Sequence record: KX397371.1
Reading direction: 5' to 3' (one strand)
DNA length: 64,000 nucleotides
In this document: in pieces, positions 1 to 9,419 of the stretch
Position numbering within the stretch: the stretch's first letter is position 1
Layout of the letters: every line of letters begins with the position of its first letter
Program-made: the position numbers and the translations under genes
Notes under the pieces: model-generated
Told to the model about the DNA's origin: nothing
What the model saw: only the letters and a program-made list of their open reading frames with translations
The model's database searches: none

Positions 1-532
1 TGTCAACCGGCATGATGGGCATCTGCACTTCAATTTCCCAGCCAAGATAATCTTGATCAAAATCAGCGTCTGAGAACCAAACCATAATTTGGTTATCAAC
101 ATCGGATGGACTTTCTACTTTGTCCACCGTGGTTTCGAATTTCCAGCTCACCCAGCGTGGGAACCAGTTACCGTTTGCCTGAATCATGGCACCCGTCTGC
201 ACATTGCTGATTGTGGTTTGGAATTGTCCCACTAACAAACGCTGAAACTCTGACTCGTCATTTTTCGTGTTGCCCAGAATCGCTTGGTTGTAAATCCACT
301 GGGTCAGCGCGAGGACATGGTCAGTAAAGAGTGCCGGTACTTTTATCTTCGTCTCATCGCGAAGATACGTGAACGCCACTAATTCAACCTGAAGGTTAGC
401 CTTAGCGAATTTTTGTTTATTCTTCGCAAAAGACCAACTTTGATCGGATAACTCACCTACTGGAGCAACTGCACCTTCAGGAGCGTTATCGATTAGTGCC
501 GGTATTTCGATGAAGCCTTGTAAATTGAACAT
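1..532 (-). CDS. Virion structural protein, partial (3' end lies beyond window start); probably phiKZ gp157-like tail/baseplate-region protein
   Basis: Not in the ORF track. Manual translation from ATG at 532 (minus) gives an open frame MFNLQGFIEIPALIDNAPEGAVAPVGELSDQSWSFAK… running off the edge. The N-terminus resembles phiKZ-family structural proteins as I recall them; the homolog number is inference. Confidence 0.6.
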   Translation of the reverse strand, partial: MFNLQGFIEIPALIDNAPEGAVAPVGELSDQSWSFAKNKQKFAKANLQVELVAFTYLRDETKIKVPALFTDHVLALTQWIYNQAILGNTKNDESEFQRLLVGQFQTTISNVQTGAMIQANGNWFPRWVSWKFETTVDKVESPSDVDNQIMVWFSDADFDQDYLGWEIEVQMPIMPVD

Positions 533-554
533 AAAAATAAACTCCGAGGTGAGC

Positions 555-1043
555 ATGATAGCTGCAATTATTAAACTGCTTCCTTTTCTCCAGTTGCTTC
601 TAGAAGCATTCAAGCCGGGGGATGGAGAAAAGGTAACCCGAGCCAATAAAATCACAGCACTCGCAATCGTTTTACTTCTGACGTATTCACTCTTTGTGTC
701 GTACGCCTACGTTGACCAGTTTCATAAATTGGTTCAGATTCGAGAACACGACCAGTACGTCGCTCGCCAGAACGACGAGCGTGGAGAGACCATCAAAACG
801 CAGGCGGATGAGTTAAGAACGCTCTACAGCCGCATTTTCGAATGCTTGAGCAATCGACCATATGATGGCGCGAAGGGCGCAGCAAGTGTACCACCTCCTG
901 CTCCAGTGGCGGTACCGCAAACACCGGTTCACACCGAAACCAAAACCGCCGACAACAAGCGCGAGGCTGCTGCTAAGCCGGTAGGTGTAGTAGATATGAG
1001 TCAGTTCCGTCAAGAACTGCTCAAGAACTTAAACGAGGAGTGA
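555..1043 (+). CDS. Inner-membrane protein with periplasmic coiled coil; candidate i-spanin
   Basis: GAGGTG RBS before ATG 555. One TM segment (ITALAIVLLLTYSLFVSYAYV), then a heptad-like helix, a Cys (FECL) and a Pro-rich linker. Overlaps the downstream lipoprotein gene by 4 nt. Confidence 0.5.
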   Translation: MIAAIIKLLPFLQLLLEAFKPGDGEKVTRANKITALAIVLLLTYSLFVSYAYVDQFHKLVQIREHDQYVARQNDERGETIKTQADELRTLYSRIFECLSNRPYDGAKGAASVPPPAPVAVPQTPVHTETKTADNKREAAAKPVGVVDMSQFRQELLKNLNEE

Positions 1044-1510
1044 AAATGAGGGTCATGCTAATTTGCTTATCGCTGTTGCTCACAGCGTGTAGCAGCTGGG
1101 CACCCGTCAAGACGACCACTGCAAACACTGAGTGGTCGGTTCGTGAACTTGGACCACCCCCTGTTTATCCACAAGGGGTAGTAAATCTGGATGACCCGCG
1201 ATACCGTTCGTGGGTGGCAGATGTTAATGCGTATGCGTACTACGTGTTCGTGTACGCCCGTAATCTTAACGATTACGCCAGAGTTCATGGATGGCGGCCA
1301 CCGCAAGTTGCACCCATTTGTGAGAAGTTTGATTTGTGGGTGGTTCATCCCATTCCACAACGCATTACCTTGGACGAACGTGCTCGCCGTCCTGAGGACA
1401 TCTCACGCGATTTGGCAACGCAACTCAAGCGCATTCTACTGAACTACCGTGAAGATCGTAAGTCTTTCCAGAAAGCATACGAAGCCCACCTTAGCACATG
1501 CCTTAACTAA
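1040..1510 (+). CDS. Lipoprotein; candidate o-spanin
   Basis: Signal peptide with lipobox LLLTA-C, and a Pro-rich mature region (GPPPVYP, RPPQVAP, HPIP) with extra Cys residues. Confidence 0.55.
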   Translation: MKMRVMLICLSLLLTACSSWAPVKTTTANTEWSVRELGPPPVYPQGVVNLDDPRYRSWVADVNAYAYYVFVYARNLNDYARVHGWRPPQVAPICEKFDLWVVHPIPQRITLDERARRPEDISRDLATQLKRILLNYREDRKSFQKAYEAHLSTCLN

Positions 1511-1515
1511 AACAC

Positions 1516-1554
1516 GACACCTATTCCTTCGGGGGTAGGTGTCGCTTTATTTTT
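1516..1554 (+). terminator. Rho-independent terminator
   Basis: GACACCTATTCC-TTCG-GGGGTAGGTGTC followed by a T-rich tract, right after the lipoprotein stop. Confidence 0.75.
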
Positions 1555-1598
1555 ACACAACCAACCCATCTAATGTATACCCACAGGAGAGTTTAATC

Positions 1599-2354
1599 AT
1601 GACCGAAGTCACCCCAACCAAACGCACGCCGAATATCTTCGATGCACCCGATATCCATATCCCAACCATCGTCATCGGTATCGACGCCGAGACTAAGTCA
1701 ACCCGCGCCGATGCGTATCCGGTTGCCATTGGGGCAGGGGCATGGGACATCGCCACAATGCGTCTTATCGCGACGCATTACCAGACCATCGACCCGAACG
1801 ATGAGAAGGCCAAAGCCATCTTCCATGAAGACCCATACACCATGGCGTGGTGGCGTGGGGAAGGGGATAACCCAGACTATGCTCCATCGCGTGAAGCGTA
1901 TGCCGAAGCATTCTCCGGCACCATGCCGATGCCAGAAGCGTTGTGGGGGATGTACAACTTCCTTGAGAAGTTCAAATCTCACAAGGTTGCACTGACTATG
2001 CGTGGCCCAGAGTTCGATCAACCGATTCTGATGAACGCCTTTGCCCAGTGTGATGTCCCGACGAGTCTCCTGAAACGTTTCTCAATGCTGGACTCTGACC
2101 GGACGGCTGAGCGTATTATGCACGCTTTCAACCTGACGCCGGACTACCGTGCGGAATCACATAACTGGACGCGCGGTAAAGACGCTTATCTGCACCATGC
2201 CTGTTTTGATGCAGCGCGTGAAGGTTACATTACTGCCCGTATTTATCACTTAGCGCTGGTTGCGCGGTTGCACGGCTTTGACCGTATGCTTGAAGCGCAC
2301 AACCAACTGATGACCGGTGAATATACGGCTATGGATTATCTGAGAGAGGAATAA
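1599..2354 (+). CDS. DEDDh-family 3'-5' exonuclease (Rv2179c/exonuclease VIII-like)
   Basis: ExoI GIDAET, ExoII RGPEFDQPIL, ExoIII HHACFDA. Start placed at ATG 1599 after the AGGAG RBS. Confidence 0.75.
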   Translation: MTEVTPTKRTPNIFDAPDIHIPTIVIGIDAETKSTRADAYPVAIGAGAWDIATMRLIATHYQTIDPNDEKAKAIFHEDPYTMAWWRGEGDNPDYAPSREAYAEAFSGTMPMPEALWGMYNFLEKFKSHKVALTMRGPEFDQPILMNAFAQCDVPTSLLKRFSMLDSDRTAERIMHAFNLTPDYRAESHNWTRGKDAYLHHACFDAAREGYITARIYHLALVARLHGFDRMLEAHNQLMTGEYTAMDYLREE

Positions 2355-3874
2355 TGGACGTTAAAGAGTACGATCATGTCGTCGTCTATACGGACGGTAG
2401 TCGTGTAGGCCCTCCAAATGGTACGGGGGGCGGTATCCACGGGTACGCTTTCAACAGTGGGGTGTTAAATGAAAACACCCCGTACAGCCTGCCGGACGTA
2501 GAGGAGTGTGTCACGACCAACGGGTACAAGAAGTTCCCGAAGGACATTAAGAAGCCCACGGTACCTGAAACAGTTGATTTCTTCGACTGTGTAATTCCCG
2601 TTCCGGCGGAGTTCTGGTCGGACGTGGCAGAACTGATGGCATTTATCAGTCTCTTTGAAAACTCACCTATCCTTGCCAAGAACTACACCATCTATATCGA
2701 TGCGTCTTACGTGGTCAACGCGTGGAACGATTGGATGGACGGATGGCGTAAGCGCGGTTGGACGAAGGCAGACGGTACCCCGATTGCTAACGTCAACCTT
2801 ATCAAGAAGATTGATGAGATTAAGACCCGTTTGCGTCAAGAAGGCCGTTCTATCCGCGTGATCAAAATCAAAGGCCACGCAGGGTTCTACGGTAACGAGC
2901 GTGCAGACATGATGGCGCGTAAAGCCTCATCAATGGTTGCTGCGGGTCAAGGGGTTGAGTACCGTCCGTTGTGGAGCGTCTCCGGTGAGCTGCCTGTGGA
3001 ACCCGAAGCTGAGGTCATGGGTAGCGACGGCAGTTTACTCAACATGCCAAAAATCACCAACACGAAGTTCTGCTATCCGTTAGTGAATGAGGAACACCCA
3101 ACCTTGTCCATTAACGGTGAAAGCTGGAAATACATGTTCGGTGGGAACCACGCAAAGAACAAGGAAGATATCGTGTTCATCGGTAAGATGATACCCGATG
3201 CGCAGTTTGCGGTGTTCCTGAGTAAAGACGGTTGGGATAACATTTACCAGTTGGTCAACAAGCACAACGAATTGGCGTGGGATAATATCCCGCCGATGAA
3301 ACGTTATGACCCAATTGCCATTGTGTACAACACGATGATTAAGCGCAAGAAGTTCCAAGACGCTGCGAAAGAAGGGTTGCCGGTTAATCTGATGAAATTC
3401 AGTGAAGACGGGAACCTGTGGATGTACGATGACCTTGCAATTACGCGTGTCGTGCGCCCAGCGCTGCTCTCTTACCGTGCGTTGGAAATCCGTGATGAAC
3501 TGGCTGCCTTTTTACGCGACGGCGTAGAAGACCGCTCAAGCGTTGTGCTGAACGATATCACCCATCTGCTATTTGATGAGAAAGACAAGCCGGTGAAGAC
3601 CTTCTACCGTAATGTCGATGTCAGCTTCAACGTGAAGGTCAACTACCCTGAAAGTGACAAGCAGATTCCGATTATCCTGACCCGTAATATCGACATGCCG
3701 GATCGTACCGACATGAACCGTATCATGGAGCCAGGCGGTAAATGGTACGTGGCTTGTCGTCGTCCCCAGAAACGTTGCGTGGAGTTTGCTGTAGTCTACA
3801 TTGGTAAGGAATACCATGGACTGTGGTGTGGCTATTATGCCAACAAACGCATCCTGAGAGAAGAGGAAGTGTAA
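2354..3874 (+). CDS. rnhA: Ribonuclease HI with long C-terminal extension
   Basis: VYTDGS, AELMA, IYIDASYVVN, W…GW.KADG.PIAN, IKIKGHAGFYGNERADMMA are RNase HI motifs; about 280 extra C-terminal residues. Confidence 0.85.
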   Translation: MDVKEYDHVVVYTDGSRVGPPNGTGGGIHGYAFNSGVLNENTPYSLPDVEECVTTNGYKKFPKDIKKPTVPETVDFFDCVIPVPAEFWSDVAELMAFISLFENSPILAKNYTIYIDASYVVNAWNDWMDGWRKRGWTKADGTPIANVNLIKKIDEIKTRLRQEGRSIRVIKIKGHAGFYGNERADMMARKASSMVAAGQGVEYRPLWSVSGELPVEPEAEVMGSDGSLLNMPKITNTKFCYPLVNEEHPTLSINGESWKYMFGGNHAKNKEDIVFIGKMIPDAQFAVFLSKDGWDNIYQLVNKHNELAWDNIPPMKRYDPIAIVYNTMIKRKKFQDAAKEGLPVNLMKFSEDGNLWMYDDLAITRVVRPALLSYRALEIRDELAAFLRDGVEDRSSVVLNDITHLLFDEKDKPVKTFYRNVDVSFNVKVNYPESDKQIPIILTRNIDMPDRTDMNRIMEPGGKWYVACRRPQKRCVEFAVVYIGKEYHGLWCGYYANKRILREEEV

Positions 3875-4626
3875 TGCAGAAGTTGCACAGCCAAACGCTT
3901 GTGATGCACACCGCGCAGTTGGTGGAGTCGATGGCGGACTACGCGTTTCTCACGTATGTGAAAGACCGTGCACGGTGTCAGGTGGAAGGGATTCCACCGT
4001 TTGATTGTCGTGAGATTGGGAAGCAGGCCATGGCGGAAGTCGTGGCTGAACTCCTGCTCGATGCGATCATGGGAATTAACGCCAACACCGGTTTCAGTTA
4101 TCGCGGCGTCGTGAAGATGCCGGTTATCCACACTGAGAAGTATCAGAACTGGCGTGATTCAGGTAATTGTGGGATGTTCACCATCGAAGAGATGTTTGAC
4201 GCCCATTGTCGCGAGTTACCACTGGGGCCACTCATCGAAGGCGCTATCCGCTGGTACACCAGTGAGTTTGTCAACGAGATCATGGCACTGATCAACAACG
4301 ATTGGTACTGTGACCGAGAAAATGAACTCGTTATCTTTACCAATCGTGAGTTGCTCGTGAAGCAGATTCTCAACGGGACGGTGGTGTTGCCATTGCTGGC
4401 GAAGGAAGATTACGAATTTGCCGCTGAGGCGGACAGCTTCGAAGCAATTCGTGACGAAGTCTTCCAATGGCCATACTCGTTTGTCACCCAAAACGAGATG
4501 AAGGTGTTGCACGAACGTATTCCGTCTTTCATCCTCTCGCCAGAAGACCAAGATTCCGATGAAGATCCTACGGTCGAACTCTACGTCTTGAAGCCAGAAG
4601 TGATTGATAGAATCAAAAAACTCTGA
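3874..4626 (+). CDS. Hypothetical acidic protein
   Basis: ORF coupled (TAATG) to the RNase H stop; phage-like codon usage. Confidence 0.65.
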   Translation: MQKLHSQTLVMHTAQLVESMADYAFLTYVKDRARCQVEGIPPFDCREIGKQAMAEVVAELLLDAIMGINANTGFSYRGVVKMPVIHTEKYQNWRDSGNCGMFTIEEMFDAHCRELPLGPLIEGAIRWYTSEFVNEIMALINNDWYCDRENELVIFTNRELLVKQILNGTVVLPLLAKEDYEFAAEADSFEAIRDEVFQWPYSFVTQNEMKVLHERIPSFILSPEDQDSDEDPTVELYVLKPEVIDRIKKL

Positions 4627-4647
4627 GATAGATATTATCTTGGTGAG
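4627..4647 (+). promoter_or_regulatory. Early-promoter-like motif copy 1
   Basis: GATAGATATTATCTTGGTGAG, one of 5 intergenic copies; resembles the phiKZ early TATATTAC element. Confidence 0.65.
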
Positions 4648-4668
4648 CAGTCTATAAGGAGTATCAAA

Positions 4669-5403
4669 ATGCTTCGTGTCAACACCCCCGAACTCCTTCT
4701 CTTTAACCCCTCGCTTGTCGAGGGGTTGTTCGACAAGATGTGGGAGCGATACTTTAGAGAGGAGATGAATTCTGACCCGTGGTGGGAACGCTACCGTGGT
4801 GACTTCTTTCTGGACTCTTCGCAGATTACGCTGGATGTGTTCAGCCGCTGTGTCGAAGAAGTAGTACAAGCTGCAAACCTGCGTCGTCCGATGGACTTCA
4901 ATTACATCACGTTTGATTTTTCATGGTACATGGACAATTACAACTACGAATGTGATTTGGGGATAGACGACCAAGAGAAGATTGAAAACAAGATGTTTGA
5001 TTTCTTCCACTTTGCAATTAACCAATTGGTTTCACAGGAGTTCTTAGATGCGGCATGCAAACGACTAACCCCGACATGGGAATCCTTAACGGAACTCGTG
5101 GGGCAGCGTGGCATTGTGGGCTTCTGGTACGAACCCTGTCAAGGCCAGATGCACATGGACTCAGGACGTGACCACGTCTGGGCGGTGCAAGAAGGGGATT
5201 ATGACGCTGAGCTGTATGCTGAGTGGCAAGGTGCGGTTGCAGGCACACTCTTTTACCACGCCACCATTGGCGATGGTAATGAGTTTTATTTATTTAATGG
5301 GTCGCTTATCCAAGACGGACAAACACTTGACCACATCCCACTTGGGGAGATGGTGACACTGTGTCGTCTGACTGAACAAGCACAAACTATCATTGACCTT
5401 TAA
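4669..5403 (+). CDS. Hypothetical acidic/aromatic-rich early protein
   Basis: AAGGAG RBS; 244-aa ORF downstream of the promoter motif. Confidence 0.7.
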   Translation: MLRVNTPELLLFNPSLVEGLFDKMWERYFREEMNSDPWWERYRGDFFLDSSQITLDVFSRCVEEVVQAANLRRPMDFNYITFDFSWYMDNYNYECDLGIDDQEKIENKMFDFFHFAINQLVSQEFLDAACKRLTPTWESLTELVGQRGIVGFWYEPCQGQMHMDSGRDHVWAVQEGDYDAELYAEWQGAVAGTLFYHATIGDGNEFYLFNGSLIQDGQTLDHIPLGEMVTLCRLTEQAQTIIDL

Positions 5404-5415
5404 GGAGTATCTACC

Positions 5416-5784
5416 ATGAAACTTGATCAAGCTATCCAACAGTATGTTACCCAATTCGACCGACACGGCCTGTTCCTGCTGCGCTTCACTAACGAAACCC
5501 AACTGCTGGAGCACAACCCAAAAACGTTTGCCGTGGTGTATGAAAACGACGGCATCGGTGAACCAGAGCGTATGACGCTGCGTAAGCTGCGTCAAGATGC
5601 CATTGAAGCCAAGGTCGTTCATGTTCAACCTGTCGTCTGTGCCCAAGGCTGGCCGGGTAAGCTCGATGTCGAAGCAGACGTGGTGTTAACTGTCGTGCAG
5701 GACGGTGACGTGCGTCGACTGGTGCCTGTAAAATGGCGTACCCTTGACACCCTGCCAGACGGCGTTGAATTCACGGAGTTGTAA
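5416..5784 (+). CDS. Hypothetical protein
   Basis: AAGGAG RBS; tightly packed in the operon. Confidence 0.7.
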   Translation: MKLDQAIQQYVTQFDRHGLFLLRFTNETQLLEHNPKTFAVVYENDGIGEPERMTLRKLRQDAIEAKVVHVQPVVCAQGWPGKLDVEADVVLTVVQDGDVRRLVPVKWRTLDTLPDGVEFTEL

Positions 5785-5786
5785 GT

Positions 5787-6524
5787 ATGGATATGCGTCC
5801 CGTCAGGTTATACCTGCTGACGGCGCTTCACGATCATTTGATGCGTCTCGGTGAGGCGCGTCATATCGCGAAGACAGCGTATCTGATGATTGCGCGAGAA
5901 ATCGCGCGGTCTGACTTACGTGACCGTCACAAATGGCTGTTAACGGATGTGTGCGAGCGTTTGAAAGCACGCGTCTATTCGGATGAACTTACCCGTGCCC
6001 TTTCCTACGTCTGGGTCTATGATGACATTCGGGACGAATCCTTTCTCGACAACAGCGCACGGGTGGTTAAGTTAATCGAACGGGTGACCAACGATTACTA
6101 CGCAACCACGGGTGGCCTCACAACCGAAGTGAATATCCAAAGCTCCATCTTGGATTCGCTTCGTGAGACTGCCAATCATCTCGATGCGCCCATTCTTTTT
6201 TCTACCGACTATGACCTGTTGCGTTTTCGCATCTGGTTTACTGGGGAAATGGATGACGTCGACATGCACGAGCTGTGGTGTCATGACGTGCACAGCATGG
6301 ATGAATGGACGTCCCTGCTTACGACCTACCCATCGGAGAAATACTTGTGGCGTCAAGATCACGAGCCGCTGCTTCCAGAGAGATTAGATGAAGAAGGTTA
6401 CGACATCGAAGCGTTCTGGAAAAACATCACGATTCTCAGTTTGGACAAGCTCTACGTCGAAGCGAAGGAGCGTCTGTGCTCCGAGGATGAAGACCGATGC
6501 GAACTGTACACAGCTATGCACTGA
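5787..6524 (+). CDS. Hypothetical protein
   Basis: 245-aa ORF starting 2 nt after the previous stop. Confidence 0.65.
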   Translation: MDMRPVRLYLLTALHDHLMRLGEARHIAKTAYLMIAREIARSDLRDRHKWLLTDVCERLKARVYSDELTRALSYVWVYDDIRDESFLDNSARVVKLIERVTNDYYATTGGLTTEVNIQSSILDSLRETANHLDAPILFSTDYDLLRFRIWFTGEMDDVDMHELWCHDVHSMDEWTSLLTTYPSEKYLWRQDHEPLLPERLDEEGYDIEAFWKNITILSLDKLYVEAKERLCSEDEDRCELYTAMH

Positions 6525-6913
6525 TGATGTTCCAAGCGTGGTGGCCAAAGCTCACGGAAGGGATTATTGGCGTGTCGGGGTGGGAATATGTGCTGGTGAC
6601 CTCGTACCTGATAGAGTGTGCGAAGAACGGCCTTATCCTGCCCAGTGAACGTCGTCAGGCGATGCTGATGGAGAAACTTGACTCCATGTATCCCGCGGCG
6701 ATGTTCCAACACCGTAAGCATTTGTTCCATGCTGCGCTTGTTGAGTTAGGTGATGAACGTACTGCGATTATCGTGAAGAAAATACGCGATGAGATGGTTA
6801 ATGTGTCACGCGAACTTAATCTGGTTTGGGTCGGTGTGTCGTACACACCGTTAGATGTTGTTCGTTGTCGTTACCAAGTTAATTTCGCAGCCACAACCCG
6901 AGGTGTTGCATGA
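6524..6913 (+). CDS. Hypothetical protein
   Basis: Start re-placed at ATG 6524, coupled to the upstream TGA; overlaps the next gene (ATGA). Confidence 0.6.
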   Translation: MMFQAWWPKLTEGIIGVSGWEYVLVTSYLIECAKNGLILPSERRQAMLMEKLDSMYPAAMFQHRKHLFHAALVELGDERTAIIVKKIRDEMVNVSRELNLVWVGVSYTPLDVVRCRYQVNFAATTRGVA

Positions 6914-7449
6914 AAGTATTATTAGACTTCTCGTTATCAGAATCGCGGGCAAAGCTCGATGCGGTTTTGCTGGCGATGAAGAAGTCATTGGAGTTCGAAG
7001 TCCACAACGCGCTCGCGGAGTATGAGCGTACGTTAAAAGTGGAAACGGGCGATACCTATTGTCTGGTCGATGCCGAGGGGATTGTCAAAACCACGGTCGA
7101 TGGGATGATTGATAAAGTCCGTAACGTCCTCAGTACCCCACTGCCAGTTATGGTGGCACACTGGGACGATGGGGCCGATGTACTTGACCTGATTCGCGAT
7201 GCCTTTGAGAAAGGTGCAGCGAACATGGAAAGTATGGCACTGGGTGATGCTACCGAAGTGTACGTGACCGTCCCGATGAAAGAGGGCGGTAACAACTTTG
7301 AGATGGTGTCTCTGCACGAGGTGCTGAACACGGCCAATTCGCAGGCGATTGATAAGATACTGAACGACGCGTGTGTTAAAGTGCGCGACATCTGTATCAA
7401 AGAGATTGTCTACATTCAGGAAAAACTCTTGAAGGGAGCTACCTGGTGA
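6910..7449 (+). CDS. Hypothetical protein, paralog array member 1
   Basis: Coupled ORF; N-terminus aligns by eye with the next two ORFs. Confidence 0.65.
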   Translation: MKVLLDFSLSESRAKLDAVLLAMKKSLEFEVHNALAEYERTLKVETGDTYCLVDAEGIVKTTVDGMIDKVRNVLSTPLPVMVAHWDDGADVLDLIRDAFEKGAANMESMALGDATEVYVTVPMKEGGNNFEMVSLHEVLNTANSQAIDKILNDACVKVRDICIKEIVYIQEKLLKGATW

Positions 7450-8048
7450 AACTCCACATTAACCTGACCCCCAGTAACTTTGAAAAGCACTGGCCGGAAA
7501 TGATGATGCAAATCCGTGAGTCGATGGATGCGTTCATGCATGAGTTTACCGGCTTGGCGGTAGAAGACAACAAACTTCTCACGCTGCCACTCTGGTCTGT
7601 TTTGTTTGATCCGATATCGCGGTTGTCTAACTCCATGCTGACGTTTGAATTTGACAAGACAGACATCGAAGATAAACGTATTGAGAAGAACATCGAGATT
7701 ATCACCCTCGATACGAAACTCGACAGCGTGCTGGAAGACATTCGCGATGCGGTGAACTACGAGTTGAATGAGTTCAAGACATCCACCACTGCGAATGAAG
7801 CACTCAACGAATGGTTAAAAGAGATGTCTGACGAAACCCGTGGTAAGTTACGGGATGAGTTGGTTGGGTTGGTTCATCGACACATCTCGACACTACTCGA
7901 TATCCTGTTCGCGCAACTGACAGCGGAAATCATCGAAATCTCGTTCCGCTTTCGCCCGCGTCCGGTGTTAGTGTCAACGGATGGTGGTACGAAGATGGTA
8001 GGACGTATATCGGATATGATTCAGGACGTCCCTGACGAACCGGCTTAA
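7446..8048 (+). CDS. Hypothetical protein, paralog array member 2
   Basis: GTGA-coupled ORF, acidic and helical. Confidence 0.65.
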   Translation: MKLHINLTPSNFEKHWPEMMMQIRESMDAFMHEFTGLAVEDNKLLTLPLWSVLFDPISRLSNSMLTFEFDKTDIEDKRIEKNIEIITLDTKLDSVLEDIRDAVNYELNEFKTSTTANEALNEWLKEMSDETRGKLRDELVGLVHRHISTLLDILFAQLTAEIIEISFRFRPRPVLVSTDGGTKMVGRISDMIQDVPDEPA

Positions 8049-8050
8049 CC

Positions 8051-8530
8051 ATGAACGTGTATTTCGATTACGATGACTCGCATATCCGGCAGTTGTGGGT
8101 TGATGCGTTTGACAGTATTCGTATCGATTTGCAAGAGTATCTGCGAAATCAGATGCGTGAGTGCTCGCACACGGAATCGGTTGTTCTGGCGCAAACGTTG
8201 TTACAGCCCACCTATCAGGTGTTTTACAAACAACACGACACTGTGTTTCGGACGGTCGTGGAAAAGGAAGACTTAGACGCATCGGAGTATTCGTTTGAGC
8301 TTGACGATGAAGCATACCGGAAACTCATCACCCAGAGTATCGAGGTGTCGGTTGTGGCAACGAAGAAGACGTGGAATGTCAGGACGTTGCCGGTGTTATT
8401 CGACCGGGATATCGTCTGCCAAAAAATCGAGGCCATTCTCTTCGAGCATTTGGATGAGTTTGTCATTGAGTTGGTTGGGTACATGGAAGCCTTTGTCAAC
8501 GAACTGATAGAGCAACGTCGAAATAAATAA
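8051..8530 (+). CDS. Hypothetical protein, paralog array member 3
   Basis: Last ORF of the operon, followed by a terminator. Confidence 0.65.
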   Translation: MNVYFDYDDSHIRQLWVDAFDSIRIDLQEYLRNQMRECSHTESVVLAQTLLQPTYQVFYKQHDTVFRTVVEKEDLDASEYSFELDDEAYRKLITQSIEVSVVATKKTWNVRTLPVLFDRDIVCQKIEAILFEHLDEFVIELVGYMEAFVNELIEQRRNK

Positions 8531-8575
8531 AAAGCCTACCTACTCCATCGGGAGTAGGTAGCTTTATTTTTTTTA
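8530..8575. terminator. Bidirectional terminator
   Basis: A-tract, CTACCTACTCC-ATCG-GGAGTAGGTAG, T-tract, between convergent genes. Confidence 0.8.
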
Positions 8576-9328
8576 TTTTGAATTGGCCTTTAAGGCTTTC
8601 AGTCTATCCCCGGTCTGGCTTAATGCTTGAATCAGCTCGTTGTTCTGTTTCATGAACAGACCAAACAGCTCAACCCAATCGGATGCCATGTCCAGCATCT
8701 TGACGATTTCAGCAGCGCACTGCGGATGTACCGGCGTTTCTGCTAACTCATCTGTGCTGGCACCGATGCTGGCAATCAGCTTATCGATATTGCGCTTGAG
8801 CTTTTCAGTAACCTCTTTGCTCAGTGCTTTGCTGCGGTTGAACGCCACATCAATCTCACCGGCATTGTGGAAGACCTTCTCAATCGGACGTTGGTCGACC
8901 GACGTTGTGGTGTAAGACGCAGCCAATTTCTTGACGAGGTCTTTCGGGTCAACGTTTTTGAGCGGGTATTTCAAATCTTTGAAGCGGAAACCGACAGGAA
9001 CGGTAAGCATTCCTTTGTCATGGGTAAACGCAGCCAGTTGGCGGTTCACCGGTTCCAGCACGCCATCAATCAGGTTGTCCAGTACAGACCACACCGATTC
9101 CAGACGCTGGATATGGTCAATCATGTACACGTTCAGACCCGGTGGTACGGTGACAAGCATCCCGGAGAAATGCAGGAACTTCTCTTGCTGCATCCATTTG
9201 GACATTGCCGACATGTCATCGTAGTTTGCCGGTTTGATTTCTTGTTCGCTTCCGTTGAACGTCTTAGGAAGCACAGCCGACACTTTCGAGGCAAAAGTAG
9301 AAAGCGCGGCAATCGGGTTCAGGTTCAT
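8573..9328 (-). CDS. Probable virion (head) protein
   Basis: GAGGTG RBS before ATG 9328 (MNLNPIAAL…); helical protein preceded by a TATG late-promoter candidate. The virion role is inferred from promoter type and synteny. Confidence 0.55.
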   Translation of the reverse strand: MNLNPIAALSTFASKVSAVLPKTFNGSEQEIKPANYDDMSAMSKWMQQEKFLHFSGMLVTVPPGLNVYMIDHIQRLESVWSVLDNLIDGVLEPVNRQLAAFTHDKGMLTVPVGFRFKDLKYPLKNVDPKDLVKKLAASYTTTSVDQRPIEKVFHNAGEIDVAFNRSKALSKEVTEKLKRNIDKLIASIGASTDELAETPVHPQCAAEIVKMLDMASDWVELFGLFMKQNNELIQALSQTGDRLKALKANSK

Positions 9329-9351
9329 TTTCACCTCGGTGGAAGGGTAGG

Positions 9352-9394
9352 CTACATACTAAGTCTTTTTACGGTTAAGCCCTGTGTTATGTAG
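9352..9394. promoter_or_regulatory. Back-to-back TATGTAG late/middle promoter candidates
   Basis: TATGTAG on minus (9352-9358) and plus (9388-9394) in the divergent intergenic region; phiKZ late promoters have a TATG core. Confidence 0.45.
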
Positions 9395-9419
9395 ACGACT
9401 AACCCCTGAGGAATTGAAG

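Noticed and set aside
510-554. ORF-track upstream starts (510, 1539, 3823, 20729, 21567, 34692, 34713, 55917, 61580, 63741)
   Set aside because: They overlap neighbouring genes or terminators and lack an RBS; downstream starts with better RBS or translational coupling were used instead
4216-4869. 217-aa minus-strand ORF
   Set aside because: Antisense to two RBS-supported + strand genes and crosses a promoter motif
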